Source: Macrostomum lignano (Eukaryota). Taken from it: 64,000 nt of DNA. The translations under genes were made by a program, and so were the position numbers. The notes under the pieces are model-generated. The model did no database searches. It was not told where the DNA came from and saw only the letters and a program-made list of their open reading frames with translations. The stretch covers positions 124,001 to 188,000 of the forward strand of contig NIVC01000085.1 in the NCBI GenBank assembly GCA_002269645.1, given 5' to 3'. Positions 1 through 13,000 of this stretch are shown piece by piece. Each line of letters opens with the position of its first letter. Within the stretch, counting starts at the first letter, position 1.

Positions 1-2229
1 GATTTATGACTTTTCGCGTACGATTGATAGAAATTGTTGAAAAAATATAAATTAGAAAGCTCTTATTAAATAGAAAGTGAAGATAATGAAGAGAAATCGC
101 TAATCGCTAATCCCAAAGTACGTTTAGGGGTAAAACGCATAGCTGTCAAAGCTGTCACACGCTTGAGTGAACACGAACAATAGGCTCTGACCTCATAAAT
201 CTTGATGGCCTGTCAAAATGATGAGAAAAAAGCTACCGCCCGCATCCTCTCAGACCATCTGGCGCCCGTTTCAACACTGAGTGAGGCGCAGGTGGCTGTC
301 AGACCAACTTTGAAAGCGATGATTTATGACCCAAAAAGCTGCGCCTATGTTATTATGACTACACTAGTATGACCAGACATTATATCTAGTATAGATTCTA
401 TGAAAATTCGCAGAAAAAGGATAAAAATGCCCATCGCCCACTGTTAGTAGGCAAGTAAGTTTGAGCCCATGTGCTAGCGCGGGATTTGGGAAAAAGTGCG
501 TCCTCATCAGAATAATCCGAGAAACGTTTCTTATAATTTATCTGAGTATATATCTTAGTATTTAGTCTGAGTATTTAGTCTGAGTATTTATACGCGTCCT
601 TCTCTGGAGCCTTTGAGTTGGTGTTCTCACTTTCTTACGATAGAGGTCTAGCGGTTTAAGGTTCTTACAGCTCTTAGTCTCTCCTATCAGGCCGTCAGAG
701 AAGACCGTATAAACTGACGGGATCTCCTAGTATCTAAGCTGAGTTGGAGTCTCCCTAAGATCTGTTCTATGTCACCGTTAAGGCAAATGATCGATTCGAG
801 ACTCGGGTTTCTGTCAACTGGATAATCCAGAAACTAATTCAAATGGAGCAATTCGAGATCGAAAACTGCGCAGGAAAAAAACGAGGCGCCGCTCCAGTTT
901 GAGATGAGCGTCTATTTGTACCAATTAGCATGGTTGGCCTCCCCCGCCGCCGGTGGGGTGTCTTCGCGTTGTTAGCAACGGCGGGGGGTTTTGAGCAATA
1001 ACAAACTGGGACTCAGTCCCCTAATTGTGCATGAATTTAGTTAGTTCTAGTAGGTTGCTAGGTGTGAAGGTTAGAGATTATTCGGGCTTTCGCAAATCTA
1101 TGTGTTGAGTTGGATGAAATTTGGGATAGAAAGATTATAGAAAAAGTGCTTAGTTTTCCGTCTCTACACTCTGTTCATGAATGGTTAAATAGTCCTCTGT
1201 TTCTCTCGGTTGTCAGGCAGCTTGGGGTTGATCTCGCCTTCTTGGGCAGCTTCGGGTTGGGTAGGAGTCTCTAGGTGGGCCTCACGTTTTCTCCCTCAGG
1301 GTGCGCCCGAAGATGCCGCGTGCCGCGTTGTTCTCTAAGCTGGCCGCTGCTCAGTTTGCTTTTCCCGGCCGGTTTAGTCGCCATTGTGCCTGCGGCGGGG
1401 TGACGCTACTAACTGGAATGAAAAGGGGCTTTGTTAGATTCGGCTATTCAAATTGACTTGACAGTTGATTAATTATCTTAAAGCTGATTCTGTTTGCTCT
1501 TCTAATGGCTGTCTAGGGGTTCCATTGTACTCTTCTGCCTCGCCCTTCACTGCGCCTGGGCTTTTCATGAATTTCTACCTATCTTCTAACTTAGGGTCAA
1601 AACTTCAGATTTCTAACTCTTATAGTATTTATCTGAGTATTATTCTTGGAAACTATAGCCCTTATAAGTATTATTCCTCTGTTATTCTGGTAGCGTTTAC
1701 TGTACTTTTGGCCTGAGTGGTCTATTGGCTGTACTGGTATATGTATTCCATGTACTTTGCAAGTCCTTGGGCGTTACCGAGATCAGAGGGTCACAGCCTC
1801 CGGTTATTCTTACACATATCACTTCAGATCTACTTCGTATTCTCTTACTACTCAATACTGCTGCTTCTCAATAGTATGTACTGTATACGCTTCAGTCTAT
1901 TTCACTCTTCGTAAAAGGAATTAACACAGAAAGCACTTCTTCAATTCTTATTTTCTCGGAACTCTTACTATTCGCTATCAATCACTTATTGCAGAACCGC
2001 GATGCGCGAGGTTGGTCTCTCCTCCGCCAAAAACGCTTCTATTCATATACTAAAAATGAGTTGTTTGTTTGTACGAAATCGTTTTTACTAAAATTTACTG
2101 CTAGTTTAAACAAAAATTAGTTTTCGTAAAATGAAAAATTATGAAAAATACGTGTATTATAACAAATGTGTTTTCCAAGATTCGGCACGCATTCAAAATG
2201 AGTTATACGCGCGATTATCCTAATTATGT

Positions 2230-5065
2230 GTATGATGAACCTATTCGAGAACATGCATGAAAATGCATGCTTCCTCCTGCAAAAAAACGGCGACTTATCT
2301 GAGCCCATCCCAATCAACAAAGGTGTACTTCAAGGTAACCCACTATCTACCGTTCTCTTTGAGATCTATATCAATGACTTAGTTGAATACCTTGAAACCT
2401 CTACTTATCGAAATTTTTTCGTCGCACCCCCTTATCCACATATACTACTCTTCGCAGATGATCAAGCCATACTAAGCAAAAACAAAACTGACCTCCAACA
2501 CATGTTCCGCACAATGGAAACCTACTGTAGACAGAACTACCTCAAAATAAATGCCAGCAAAACAAAATACATGCAAGCCTGCAAGGGTAAAAACAAGCAA
2601 ATGCAAAACGACACCGAAATTCTTTACGAAATGCAACAGATAGAAGAAGTAAATGAATTTAAATACCTGGGAATCATCTTTGAACCCAATAATAGTTTTT
2701 AAAAATGCATTGCTTATCAGATGAAACATTGAAACAAGGTAACTCCGCCATGTTTTCACTGCTACACAAAGTAAAAGACACCACGCTGGATATTATACTT
2801 ATCAGTAGACTATTTAATTCTTTGGTCACACCAGTTATAACGTATGGTTGTGAAATCTGGGGACCTCTAGCAACCTGTACTGAACTCAAGAACATCGACA
2901 AAATCCAAACAAATTTCTACAAATACCTCCTTAACCTACCTAAAAGTACCTGCAACTCTGTTTTATATGCAGAACTTAATTTAACACCTATCTCACTTAC
3001 CATCTCAAACTTTTTTCTTACATACTGGCTCAAAATCAAACATAAAAAACTGAATAGTACCACTATAGGCATCTTTGAATCAAACAACTGCCCAAACAAC
3101 CCATGGAAAACCAACATCACTAAAAAACTACAAAACCTTGGTTTATCTCACCTGCTTAATTTACAAACATCGGACCCTGGTGACAGCTACAACAAAGATA
3201 AAACAACAATGACCACACAACTACTCATCTGGGAGCGTGAACTCTTCAAAAAAATAGAAAACCACGCGAAAGTCATGCATTACAAAAATTGCTTTATCTA
3301 TAAGAATATTTTCAAGCCTAACTTAAAAACTACTTTCCCAGTATTTTTAGAAATAAAAAACTCCTAGAAATTCTGCTTAAGCTTAAAACTGAGTTCTTAC
3401 CAAGCAAATACACCCAAGAAAAATGCAAACTTTGTGGCAGAGATTCAGGCAATAATATCTTACACTATACAATTGAATATGTCGGTATACTAGATGTCAG
3501 GAAAAAATACTTTAACCAAAGTCACCTGAGCACAAGGCTCATTCCATATAAGATAGACATATTTGGAAAATAGAAAAAAGTCAATATTTTTGCTTGCCAT
3601 TGCCTAATTAGGCCTAGCCTATTTTTTTTACCAAATGTTTATATTGTGCAATATATACAATCTAAGAATAAAGGAATGGTAAAATGTTGGATTAGTATGT
3701 TATCAATTGGCAAAAAGTCATTTTTGTAAAAATTTGGACATTTTTCGAAGCAAAAGACATCATTAAGATTTTGTACCTTTTAAAAATAAATAGAAAGCTT
3801 TTGAAGGTTGAAACAAACTATAGATAAAAGTATAGTACTTGCATCATCAGATAAAAGCATTGGTGACCAAAGAATCTATTATATTTTTAATGTATTAGTA
3901 CCTCAAAGTTACTGAATTGACAGAAAAAAATATGTTACGACCATAATGTTACGACCATAAGGCTGCCTTTTCTTTTGTATCTTTGTTGCCTTTTGAGTTT
4001 ATATATTCTAATAAAAGAGTATGATTTCTAAAGATGTTCTTAGTCAAATTTTAAAAATGTATTGCAAAATATCAAAAATAAAAATGTTATAAGATTTTTA
4101 CCTTTTAGTTTCTATATGTCAAAAATCCTGTCGTTACGACCATAAGTGTCATTTAAGGTTTAATAGCATCTATACTAATGATGATATCTAGGGGCCTATA
4201 TGAAACTCTATAAATATATTCTAGACAAAATAATCTTTCATTTAAAATATTGGTTTAGTATATTCTATTATTAGATTTCATTTTATAAGTAAAAATAACC
4301 TGTCATGTTACGACCATGCTTATATGGAATGAGCCACAAGACACTTTTACAGTTTAGGCTATGCTACAAACGAAAACAAAAATAAAAAAGATTTGCTAGC
4401 TATTGAGAAGATCTATAAACTCATAGCAAATCTCCCTCTTTAACCGACATGAAAATTATAGAGAACACCATGTGTACCACGCTGTTGCTGACCGTCTTAC
4501 ACCAATTGAATCCCTGGTTACCTTGATACTTTACTTGCTATTCCCTCTTACTACTATGCATCTCTTGCTATTAAGTCCCTACCCCTCTTCGAGTAAACAA
4601 TACTGGTGCAATCTATCCCGTATTACGCGTTTATTTATGTAAAAATTTTCTTTTTCTAATTGCGCCTCATTTTTATTTAAGCACTCTATTTTTGGTTATT
4701 TCTTTCTTACATATTTGCTTCAAAAATACCCTTCATATTTAATGCCTAATAATTGCTAGCAATCCTTTCATCTGATTTTTTTGTCTGATTAATACATATA
4801 AACTTATTTTTATCACCTACAAATTCAAGTGACACCATACTTGTCTTTTAATTCCTTACTTAAATACTTTTTGCTTTGTTTGCCGTTAAAGATTTTTGAA
4901 GTTTTATAGAAAAAAAAATTGGCGCCCTTTCAAATACTATATTATTGTAAAACTCGCCGCACAGATCCCATTCTATCGAAATAATATTAATATTAAATAC
5001 ACTGACATATACTGGCCAAACAGGCTTCTTGCCTGAGCCAAACTTACTACTACTACTACTACTAT
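2230..5065 (+). mobile_element. 5'-truncated non-LTR retrotransposon (RT plus C-terminal Cys/His region, 3' UTR, (TAC)n tail), interrupted by a MITE
   Basis: RT motifs GVLQGNPLSTVLFEIYINDL, LLFADD, FKYLGIIF (ORF 2226-2702). Continues in the -1 frame (2705-3360; LVTPVITYGCEIWG, LYAELNL), then after a second -1 shift as LLEILLKLKTEFLPSKYTQEKCKLCG..LHYTIEY..VRKKYF. Removing 3536-4339 restores the frame to a stop at 4441-4443. (TAC)n run at about 5045-5065. Clade (RTE-X/L2-like) not resolved. Confidence 0.85.
3536..4335. mobile_element. 800-bp non-autonomous DNA transposon (MITE)
   Basis: Perfect 17-bp TIRs GGCTCATTCCATATAAG (3536-3552) / CTTATATGGAATGAGCC (4319-4335). 4-bp target duplication ACAA (3532-3535, 4336-4339). 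Internal GTTACGACCAT motif x4 (about 3933, 3947, 4133, 4306). Confidence 0.88.
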
Positions 5066-5589
5066 CAATTTTATAAAAGAATCGGGAGGGCCCTGCAGCA
5101 CATTATCATTTTGGATGGCCTTTAAGACTCTAAGACTCTAAGTTTCAGAAAAATCAGAAAATTGGAAGTATTTTATGTATCTTAAGGCTAAAGTTCAAGA
5201 AGTTTGCTAAGCACATATGTGTATGCAATTCAGCATAATTTAGTATAAACCCTAAAAGACACACTAGTATAACATTATAATAAAGATATATGTAAGAAGT
5301 CTTTGAAGTCCAAGAATATTCTCCTTGTAGTTTCTGTAAAATAAATATTCTATCATTACTAATTTTATTAGACAAATGCCTATTTGTCTGGTATTAATTA
5401 GTTAAATAGGAAAACATGGCTATTGCCTAATAACTAGACAAATAGGCCTAACCACATTGCTATTGCCTATTTGTCTGGTCACTAGACAAATAAAAACTGC
5501 CTTTTTGTTTTTAGTTGATTTATACTTTACCCATAAACTAAACCTAAACCTTCTCAAACCAAGGTTTAGTCTATAAACCTTCTTTACTA

Positions 5590-8470
5590 TCTATAGTCTT
5601 TTATCTCCTCTCTGCTCTCTTATCTCTCCCCTTTTTTACTCCCTTTTCTCACCTCTACTCTTTTATCTCCCTCTTATCTCCCCTCTTCTCACTTTTTCCT
5701 CCCCTATTATCTGCTCTCTCTTTACCTTTCATCTCTTCTCTTATCTTTTATCTTTTCTTTTATCCTCTTCTCACCTTTCCTCTTATCTAACAGTCTATTT
5801 CTTCTCATTTCTACTCACGTCTGGCCCACAACTATACATGCGCAACCTCCAAAATTCGGTTGGCCATGTGACTTAGTTTTAACAAAAATGCGATATAGTT
5901 TTTGGCCAAAGATGCGACTTATGTAAAAAACTGTAACCGCAAAATTAATGCAACTTTGGGTAGGCCTAAATGGCAGAAGTAACTATGACTGTCTTATTAA
6001 GTCAAAATGCCTTGTCAGCTACATTGTACTACTACTTGGGAATTTTTTCGGGTGGGCATTTTTGTGACCTTGGTTGGCCACCAAATCGGTCGGCTGGATC
6101 GGCCAACTCGGCCAACTGTTGCGCATGTATGCCCATAACCATGAGCTGGATTCTTTATCTGGCCTTTAAGGTTAAAGTCTATTAATCTCTAAGTACTTTT
6201 ATATGAAACTTATGTTAAATTTTTTATGGTGTAACTAATTTAAAAGGATTGCATTGTAACCGGTTATTCATTAATTTTTCACTATTTTTACAAACTATCC
6301 CACATTGCCTTAATTTGCTATCCACTGTTAAATTGCTGCAGACTTGTCTATACAAAGATAGTGGTTTGAATATCTTACTAAACTGTCATAGCTAAACATA
6401 GCCTCTTGACATGTGGGGATACAGAGAAAGCTATAAAAAAGTTATTCCAAAACACTTTATATTTGCTATGTACATTGAGCCCTATTGTCTAATCCTTTGT
6501 CTAGGGGAATAAATTGAATAAGTGGCACAAATGCCGCATAAACAATAGAAAAAGCAGGCAAAATTCACATGCCTACAGTTTCTGTCATATATGACCAACC
6601 TCAAAATTTCACTCATCCATTGCAACTTAGTTTTGTCTAGATTTATGACTTAGTTTCTCTTGATTGTTACTTAGTTTTCACTTTGTGTAAAATAAATATA
6701 TGACTTTTCTTGCCTTTTATTATTTTCTTCTCTTTCTTTTTCTCTCTCTTCTTTCCCGTCTCCCTCTTCTCCCTCCTTTCTTTTCCTTTTCTCTTCCTCT
6801 CCTTTCTTCCCTAATTTTTCATTTTTTGCATTTTTGATTTTGCAACTCACTTTGGCTGGTGGCCATTTCACTTATCTAGTTTGGACAGGTCAGATAGGTG
6901 TTAGGTATAAATGGTTTCTGTTCTAATTGAGTTACAGAGTTGAGACTTTATAATTAGACAAGGCCAACTCCTCCATTGGCGGAGTAAGGGGATAGAACTC
7001 CCATCGCCAGAATTTCATTCCCTGAAATCCATCAGCTGAATCCAATGACATGAATCCCATTGTCCAAATCCTCTCCAAATCCTCTATTAACCTCCCAAAA
7101 ACCATGTTGTTTTACCTGTTTGCAAAAATTGACTACCTACCATTGTCCAGACTGAGACTGTTGTCTATCCCTCTCTCTTCTTTGCTCTCTCATCTCTAAT
7201 CTCTCCTATCTCCTCTCTGCTCTCATCTGCTCGTTTATTTATTATTTCTCATCTCATCTCTCTCATCTCATTTCTCTTATCTCTCATCTCTATTCTCTTT
7301 TCTCTCCTTTCTGCACTCTCATATCTACTCTCTTCTTTCTCCTCACTACTTTTTCCTCTTTCCTCTTTTATCTCTTCTCTCTCCTCTCCTTTATCTCCTC
7401 TCTGCTCTCTCATCTCTCTACTTTCTCCCCTCTCCTCTCTCCCTTATCCTCTCACTTCTCTCTCCTTTCCCTCCCCTCATCTCTACTCATTTATCTCTTC
7501 TCTCTTGTCTTTTGGCTCTACTCCTTCCTGTCTCCTCTTTCTCCTCTCGTACCCCCTCTCCTCTCTTCTCTCAATTCCCTCATCTCTTCTCTCGCCTTTA
7601 CTCTCTTTTTTCTTTTCTCTAATCTGTCCCTTTTAATTCTCTCTTTTCATGTTCTCTTTCATCTAATATTTTATCTACTCTTTCCTTTTCTCTTTTCTCT
7701 ACTCCTTTTCATTTAGCCATTTCATCCTCTCTATGAAACAGATATCATCAAAATCCTCTCCGTTAAACTACAATCAAGCGTGTATCATCTCCTTCAAGCT
7801 ACAATCCATCAATTTAAAAAATATTATCTCTATCAAATTTCAGTCAATGAAGACTATGAAACTGGTCTATAAAAATATGGTTTTTAATTATTTGGGTCTA
7901 TATCAAAAAATCTTCAAAATCCTCCATAAAACCTCTGAAATATCATAGCATGTTTTCCCTGTTTGCAAAAATTGACTGCCATGGTCTAGACTGAGACTCT
8001 CCTATCTCCTCTCTCCTCTTTGCTCCTTTATCTATTCTCTTCTCTCTGCTCTTATCTCCTCTCATCTCTACTCTTACTTTCTTATCAATAATCTCCCATC
8101 TCTCATCTTTGTGATCTGGGCTCTCATCTCTATTTTCTCATCTCTATTCTCTCATCTTTCCCCTCTCCTCTCTACCGTCTCCTGTCTCATCTCTCCTCTC
8201 TCTTCTCTCTCCTCTGTACTCTCTTATCCCTCCTCTCTCCTCCCCATCTTTCCTCCCTCCTTTGCTCTCTCATTTTTCCTCTCTCCCCTCCTTTTTTCCC
8301 TCGACATTCTCTTCTCTTCACTTTCCCTCTTCATCATTCCTGCCTCACTCCCCTCTTCTCTCCCCTCTGTTGTCGACTTGTCTTTAATCTCTCAGCTCTC
8401 ATATCTACTGTCTTTTCTATCATCTTTCTATCCTCTCTTCTTGAAATCTCTCTTCTCTCTACTCTCTTAT
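5590..8470. repeat. patches of CT-rich low-complexity sequence (about 5590-5810, 6690-6830, 7160-7730, 7990-8470)
   Basis: Almost purine-free degenerate (CTCTT/CTCAT)n tracts. ORF 8111-8482 is a translation of one of them. Confidence 0.8.
5837..6127. mobile_element. 291-bp MITE candidate, Tc1/mariner-like (TA-flanked)
   Basis: TA|CATGCGCAAC (5835-5846) and GTTGCGCATG|TA (6118-6129). GTTGGCC/GGCCAAC subterminal words on both sides. Confidence 0.6.
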
Positions 8471-9010
8471 CTGACGGACTGAAAGCGCCGATAGTCAAAC
8501 CAATTGAAATTTTTCACCCACCTCCTCCTTACTGAAATTACTCAAATGATAGCTGGCTTGAATTTGTGTACGCAACCTTCCCCCCCCCCAACTACAATCT
8601 TGGCAGAAAGTTTAAAAGTATAGAAATCGTTTTTTCAATGCTGTGCTTTTTGTTTTCATATTTAAAACAAATAACTTATATCCCCAAATTCAGCGTTGCA
8701 AGATATTTCTAGCAATACAAATTCTCTCCTCTCAAAGCTTAAAACTCAAGGAACAGTTAGTGTTTGAACTTCCCACTCGCAAGTTTATTCATTGAATTTA
8801 GCTGCCCAGCTAATACACAACCTTTTGAAAGATGCCGATAATAAAACCAATTGAATCTCGACACAGTCCTTATCTATTTGTTTACACAGTACATTGCTAT
8901 GTACACTCAGCCCAAACCAACCCCCCCCCCCTATTCTGGGGGAATCATTAAATTTTACTGCACCCCCAACACGCGGGGTTTAAACCTAGCCGGTCGATCG
9001 ATCCACTCAG
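6960..9010 (-). mobile_element. degenerate dispersed element, copy 1 (inverted homolog of 52080-53595)
   Basis: Colinear reverse-complement matches: 7026-7043 = 53516-53533 (18/18); 6962-6979 vs 53578-53595 (17/18); about 8590-8800 vs 52410-52670; about 8980-9010 vs 52085-52115. Confidence 0.65.
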
Positions 9011-10061
9011 CTTTAGATATAAGAGATAGAGAATAAGTCAATGCAGAATTGTGTCAAGTTTTAAGTCAATTGCTTCTTGAGCAAACTTATGGCAGCCAAA
9101 AGTTAGTCAATTTTTAACACTTTTTCATATCTTGCCAGATAAGGGAAAGAGAGAGGTGGAGGTTGGGGTGGCTGTCTTGCTGACAAAAAGAGAGCCTAAC
9201 TTTAAAAGTGCACAGCACCTTTTAGGATTAACTTACATGAAATTTACATGATTGTGTCAAAATAGTTGAAAATTGACTATGTCAAATTTGAAGAGAATTG
9301 GTAGAAATGGAGTGGCACTTTGAAGGATTTAGTAAAAAACAATGCATTATGATAAGTTTTTTTCACTTTTAGGTAGGAAGGCTCAAATTTAATAAATTTA
9401 AAGGTAGCCTAAGACATTCTCCCTAGTGATTTCAGGGTGAATGCAATTTGGTGTAAGTGAAATTTTGTGTAATTTAGTTGAGCAGTTTAGAAGTCCATAG
9501 CAATCAAAATTGTACATACACAGACAGACAGAGTTTTGATTTTTATAGGTAGAGATTAAAATGTAACTTTTAACTTTTAGACTCCAAACTCTAATTGGAC
9601 TATTCCATGAATTTTTAAATTTGGATTTATTTAATATAATACAATCAATAATTTCTTTCAAAATAATATCAATTTTGTTTGCCACCTTTTTTAAGTCAGT
9701 GTAGAATTAGAATAAAAAATTTATATTAAAGAATCAATATTCTTTAATTTAAAAAAGTATAAGTCATATTTGACCTTATATGAAGATTAATATTTCAAGG
9801 GATATCAATGTATCATTTTGTTATACTAAATTGAAATTGAAGCCAAAAGGCACCAATTAGTATATTCATTGTGCAATAAAGAATTTTCTTCATGTTTAAT
9901 TTGTTATATATATAATGTGTTTCAATTTATTTTTAAGATCTTTAAAAATGATTATTTTAACAATTAAAGTCTAATAAAAATACAATTGATGCAACAGCTC
10001 TAAATCTAGCCTAGAAACTGTCTTCTATTCCTTAGTCCACCCAACGCTGCAACAGTGGATC

Positions 10062-13000
10062 ATGTCCATCCTAGATGAATCAGAATGGTCAGCCTGCAAC
10101 AAGCTGGTGTGGGGCCCTGCAGAGCCTTCGCCAGACACCCTGGCTCGCTGGCTTCAGGGATTCCAGTTTAGCGAGGATGAGCCCACGGCTTTGCTGCAGT
10201 TGCAGGGTGGACCCTGTGCTGTGGTTGCTGCTATTCAGGCACACATGATCCAATTGGCCATATTCGAACATGGCTGTCAGCAGCCTCAGGACTTTAAGGT
10301 ATGCTAGGGCAATGCTGTTTAATGTGTGTCTGGTTAATTTGTGAGTACCTTTTCTCCAACTCTATTATTTCCTCTCTTTTATCCTGTTTCCCATCTCTAT
10401 CTTCCTTATTCCATCTCCCATCTTCCTTATCCCATCTCCCTTATCCCATCTCCCTTATCCCATCTCCCATCTCCCATCTCCCTTATCCCATCTCCCATCT
10501 CCCTTATCCCATCTCCCATCTCCCTTATCCCATCTCCCATCCCCCTTATCCCATCTCCCTTATCCCATTTCCCATCTTCCTTATCCTATCTCCCATCTCC
10601 CTTTTTCCATCTCCCATCTACCTTATTCCATCTCCCATCTTCCTTATCCTATCTCCCATCTCCCTTATCCCATCTCCCATCTCCCTTATCACATCTCCCA
10701 TCTCCCTTATCCCATTTCCCATCTTCCTTATCCCATCTCCCATCCCCCTTATCCCATTTCCCATCTTCCTTATCCTATCTCCCATCTCCCTTTTTTATCT
10801 CCCATCTTCCTTATCCCATCTCCCATCTCCCTTATCCCATCTCCCATCCCCCTTATCCCATTTCCCATCTTCCTTATTCTATCTCATATCTCCCTTTTTC
10901 CATCTCCCATCCCCCTTATCCCATCTCCCATCTCCCTTATCCCATTTCCCATCTTCCTTATCCTATCTCCCATTTCCCTTATCCCATCCCCCTTATCCCA
11001 TTTCCCATCTTCCTTATCCCATTTCTTATCTTCCTTATCCTATCTCCCATCTCCCTTATCTCATCTCCCATCTCCCTTATCCCATCTCCCATCCCCCTTA
11101 TCCCATTTCCCATCTTCCTTATCCTATCTCATATCTCCCTTTTTCCATCTCCCATCTCCCTTATCCCATTTCCCATCTTCCTTATCCCATCTCCCATCAC
11201 CCTTATCCCATCTCCCCTATCCCATCTCCCACCCCCCTTATCCCATCTCCCATCACCCTTATCCCATCTCCCTTATCCCATCTCCCATCTCCCTTATCCC
11301 ATCTCCCATCTCCCTTATCCCATCTCCCATCTCCCTTATCCCATCTCCCATCCCCCTTATCCCATCTCCCATCTCCCTTTTTCCATCTCCCATCCCCCTT
11401 ATCCCATCTCCCATCTTCCTTATCCTATCTCCCATATCCCATCTCCCATCCCCCTTATCCCATCTCCCATCACCCTTATCCCATCACCCTTATCCCATCT
11501 CCCTTATCCCATCTCCCATCTCCCTTATCCCATCTCCCATCCCCCTTATCCCATCTCCCATCTCCCTTTTTCCATCTCCCATCTCCCTTATCCCATCTCC
11601 CATCCCCCTTATCCCATTTCCCATCTTCCTTATCCCATTTCCCATCTTCCTTATCCCATCTCCCTTATCCCATCTCCGTTATCCCATCTCCCATCTCCCT
11701 TATCCCATCTCCCATCCCCCTTATCCCATTTCCCATCTTCCTTATCCTATCTCATATCTCCCTTTTTCCATCTCCCATCCCCCTTATCCCATCTCCCATC
11801 TCCCTTATCCCATTTCCCATCTTCCTTATCCCATCTCCCTTATCCCATTTCCCATCTTCCTTATCCCATCTCCCTTATCCCATCTCCCAACCCCCTTATC
11901 CCATCTCCCATCACCCTTATCCCATCTCCCTTATCCCATCTCCCATCTCCCTTATCCCATCTCCCATCTCCCTTATCCCATCTCCCATCCCCCTTATCCC
12001 ATTTCCCATCTTCCTTATCCTATCTCCCATCTCCCTTATCCCATCTCCCATCTCCCATCCCCCTTATCCCATTTCCCATCTCCCTTATCCCATCTCCCAT
12101 CACCCTCATCCCATCTCCCTTATCCCATCTCCCATCTCCCATATCCCTTATCCCATCTCCCATCTCCCTTATCCCATCTCCCATCTCCCTTATCCCATCT
12201 CCCATCCCCCTTATCCCATTTCCCATCTTCCTTATCCTATCTCCCATCTCCCTTATCCCATCTCCCATCTTCCTTATCCCATCTCCCTTATCCCATCTCC
12301 CTTATCCCATCTCCCACCCCCCTTATCCCATCTCCCATCACCCTTATCCCATCTCCCTTATCCCATCTCCCATCTCCCTTATCCCATCTCCCATCCCCCT
12401 TATCCCATTTCCCATCTTCCTTATCCTATCTCATATCTCCCTTTTTCCATCTCCCATCTCCCTTATCCCATCTCCCTTATCCCATTTCCCATCTTCCTTA
12501 TCCCATCTCGCTTATCCCATCTCCCTTATCCCATCTCCCACCCCCCTTATCCCATCTCCCATCACCCTTATCCCATCTCCCTTATCCCATCTCCCATCTC
12601 CCATATCCCTTATCCCATCTCCCATCTCCCTTATCCCATCTCCCATCTCCCTTATCCCATCTCCCATCCCCCTTATCCCATCTCCCATCTCCCTTATCCC
12701 ATTTCCCATCTTCCTTATCCTAACTCCCATCTCCCTTTTTCCATCTCCCATCTACCTTATCCCATCTCCCATCTTCCTTATCCCATCTCCCATCTCTCTT
12801 ATCCCATCTCCCATCTTCCTTATCCATCTCTCATATCCATTATCCCATCTCCCATATCCCTTATCATCTTTCATATCCCTTATCCCATCTCCCATATTCC
12901 TTATCCCCACAGGGCGATTCCACAGTGCTGCTCACCCAAGCAATCGCAGCCGTTATGCAGCAGCTGGCTGACAGCAACGGCGGCTGCTGCGTGCTGGTTT

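Noticed and set aside
500-530. CTGATGAG on the - strand as a hammerhead ribozyme core
   Set aside because: No stem II closed by GAAA follows.
941-992. GC-rich stem (CCCCCGCCG / CGGCGGGGG) followed by a T run, resembling a bacterial terminator
   Set aside because: Eukaryotic context with no upstream prokaryotic gene; no other support for a Helitron end or ncRNA.
1-2200. Possible decayed coding or retroelement sequence on the - strand
   Set aside because: All frames I translated are broken by stops and show no recognisable motif; unassigned.
9398-9685. 95-aa ORF upstream of MINDY3
   Set aside because: AT-rich, non-ATG start, no recognisable domain.
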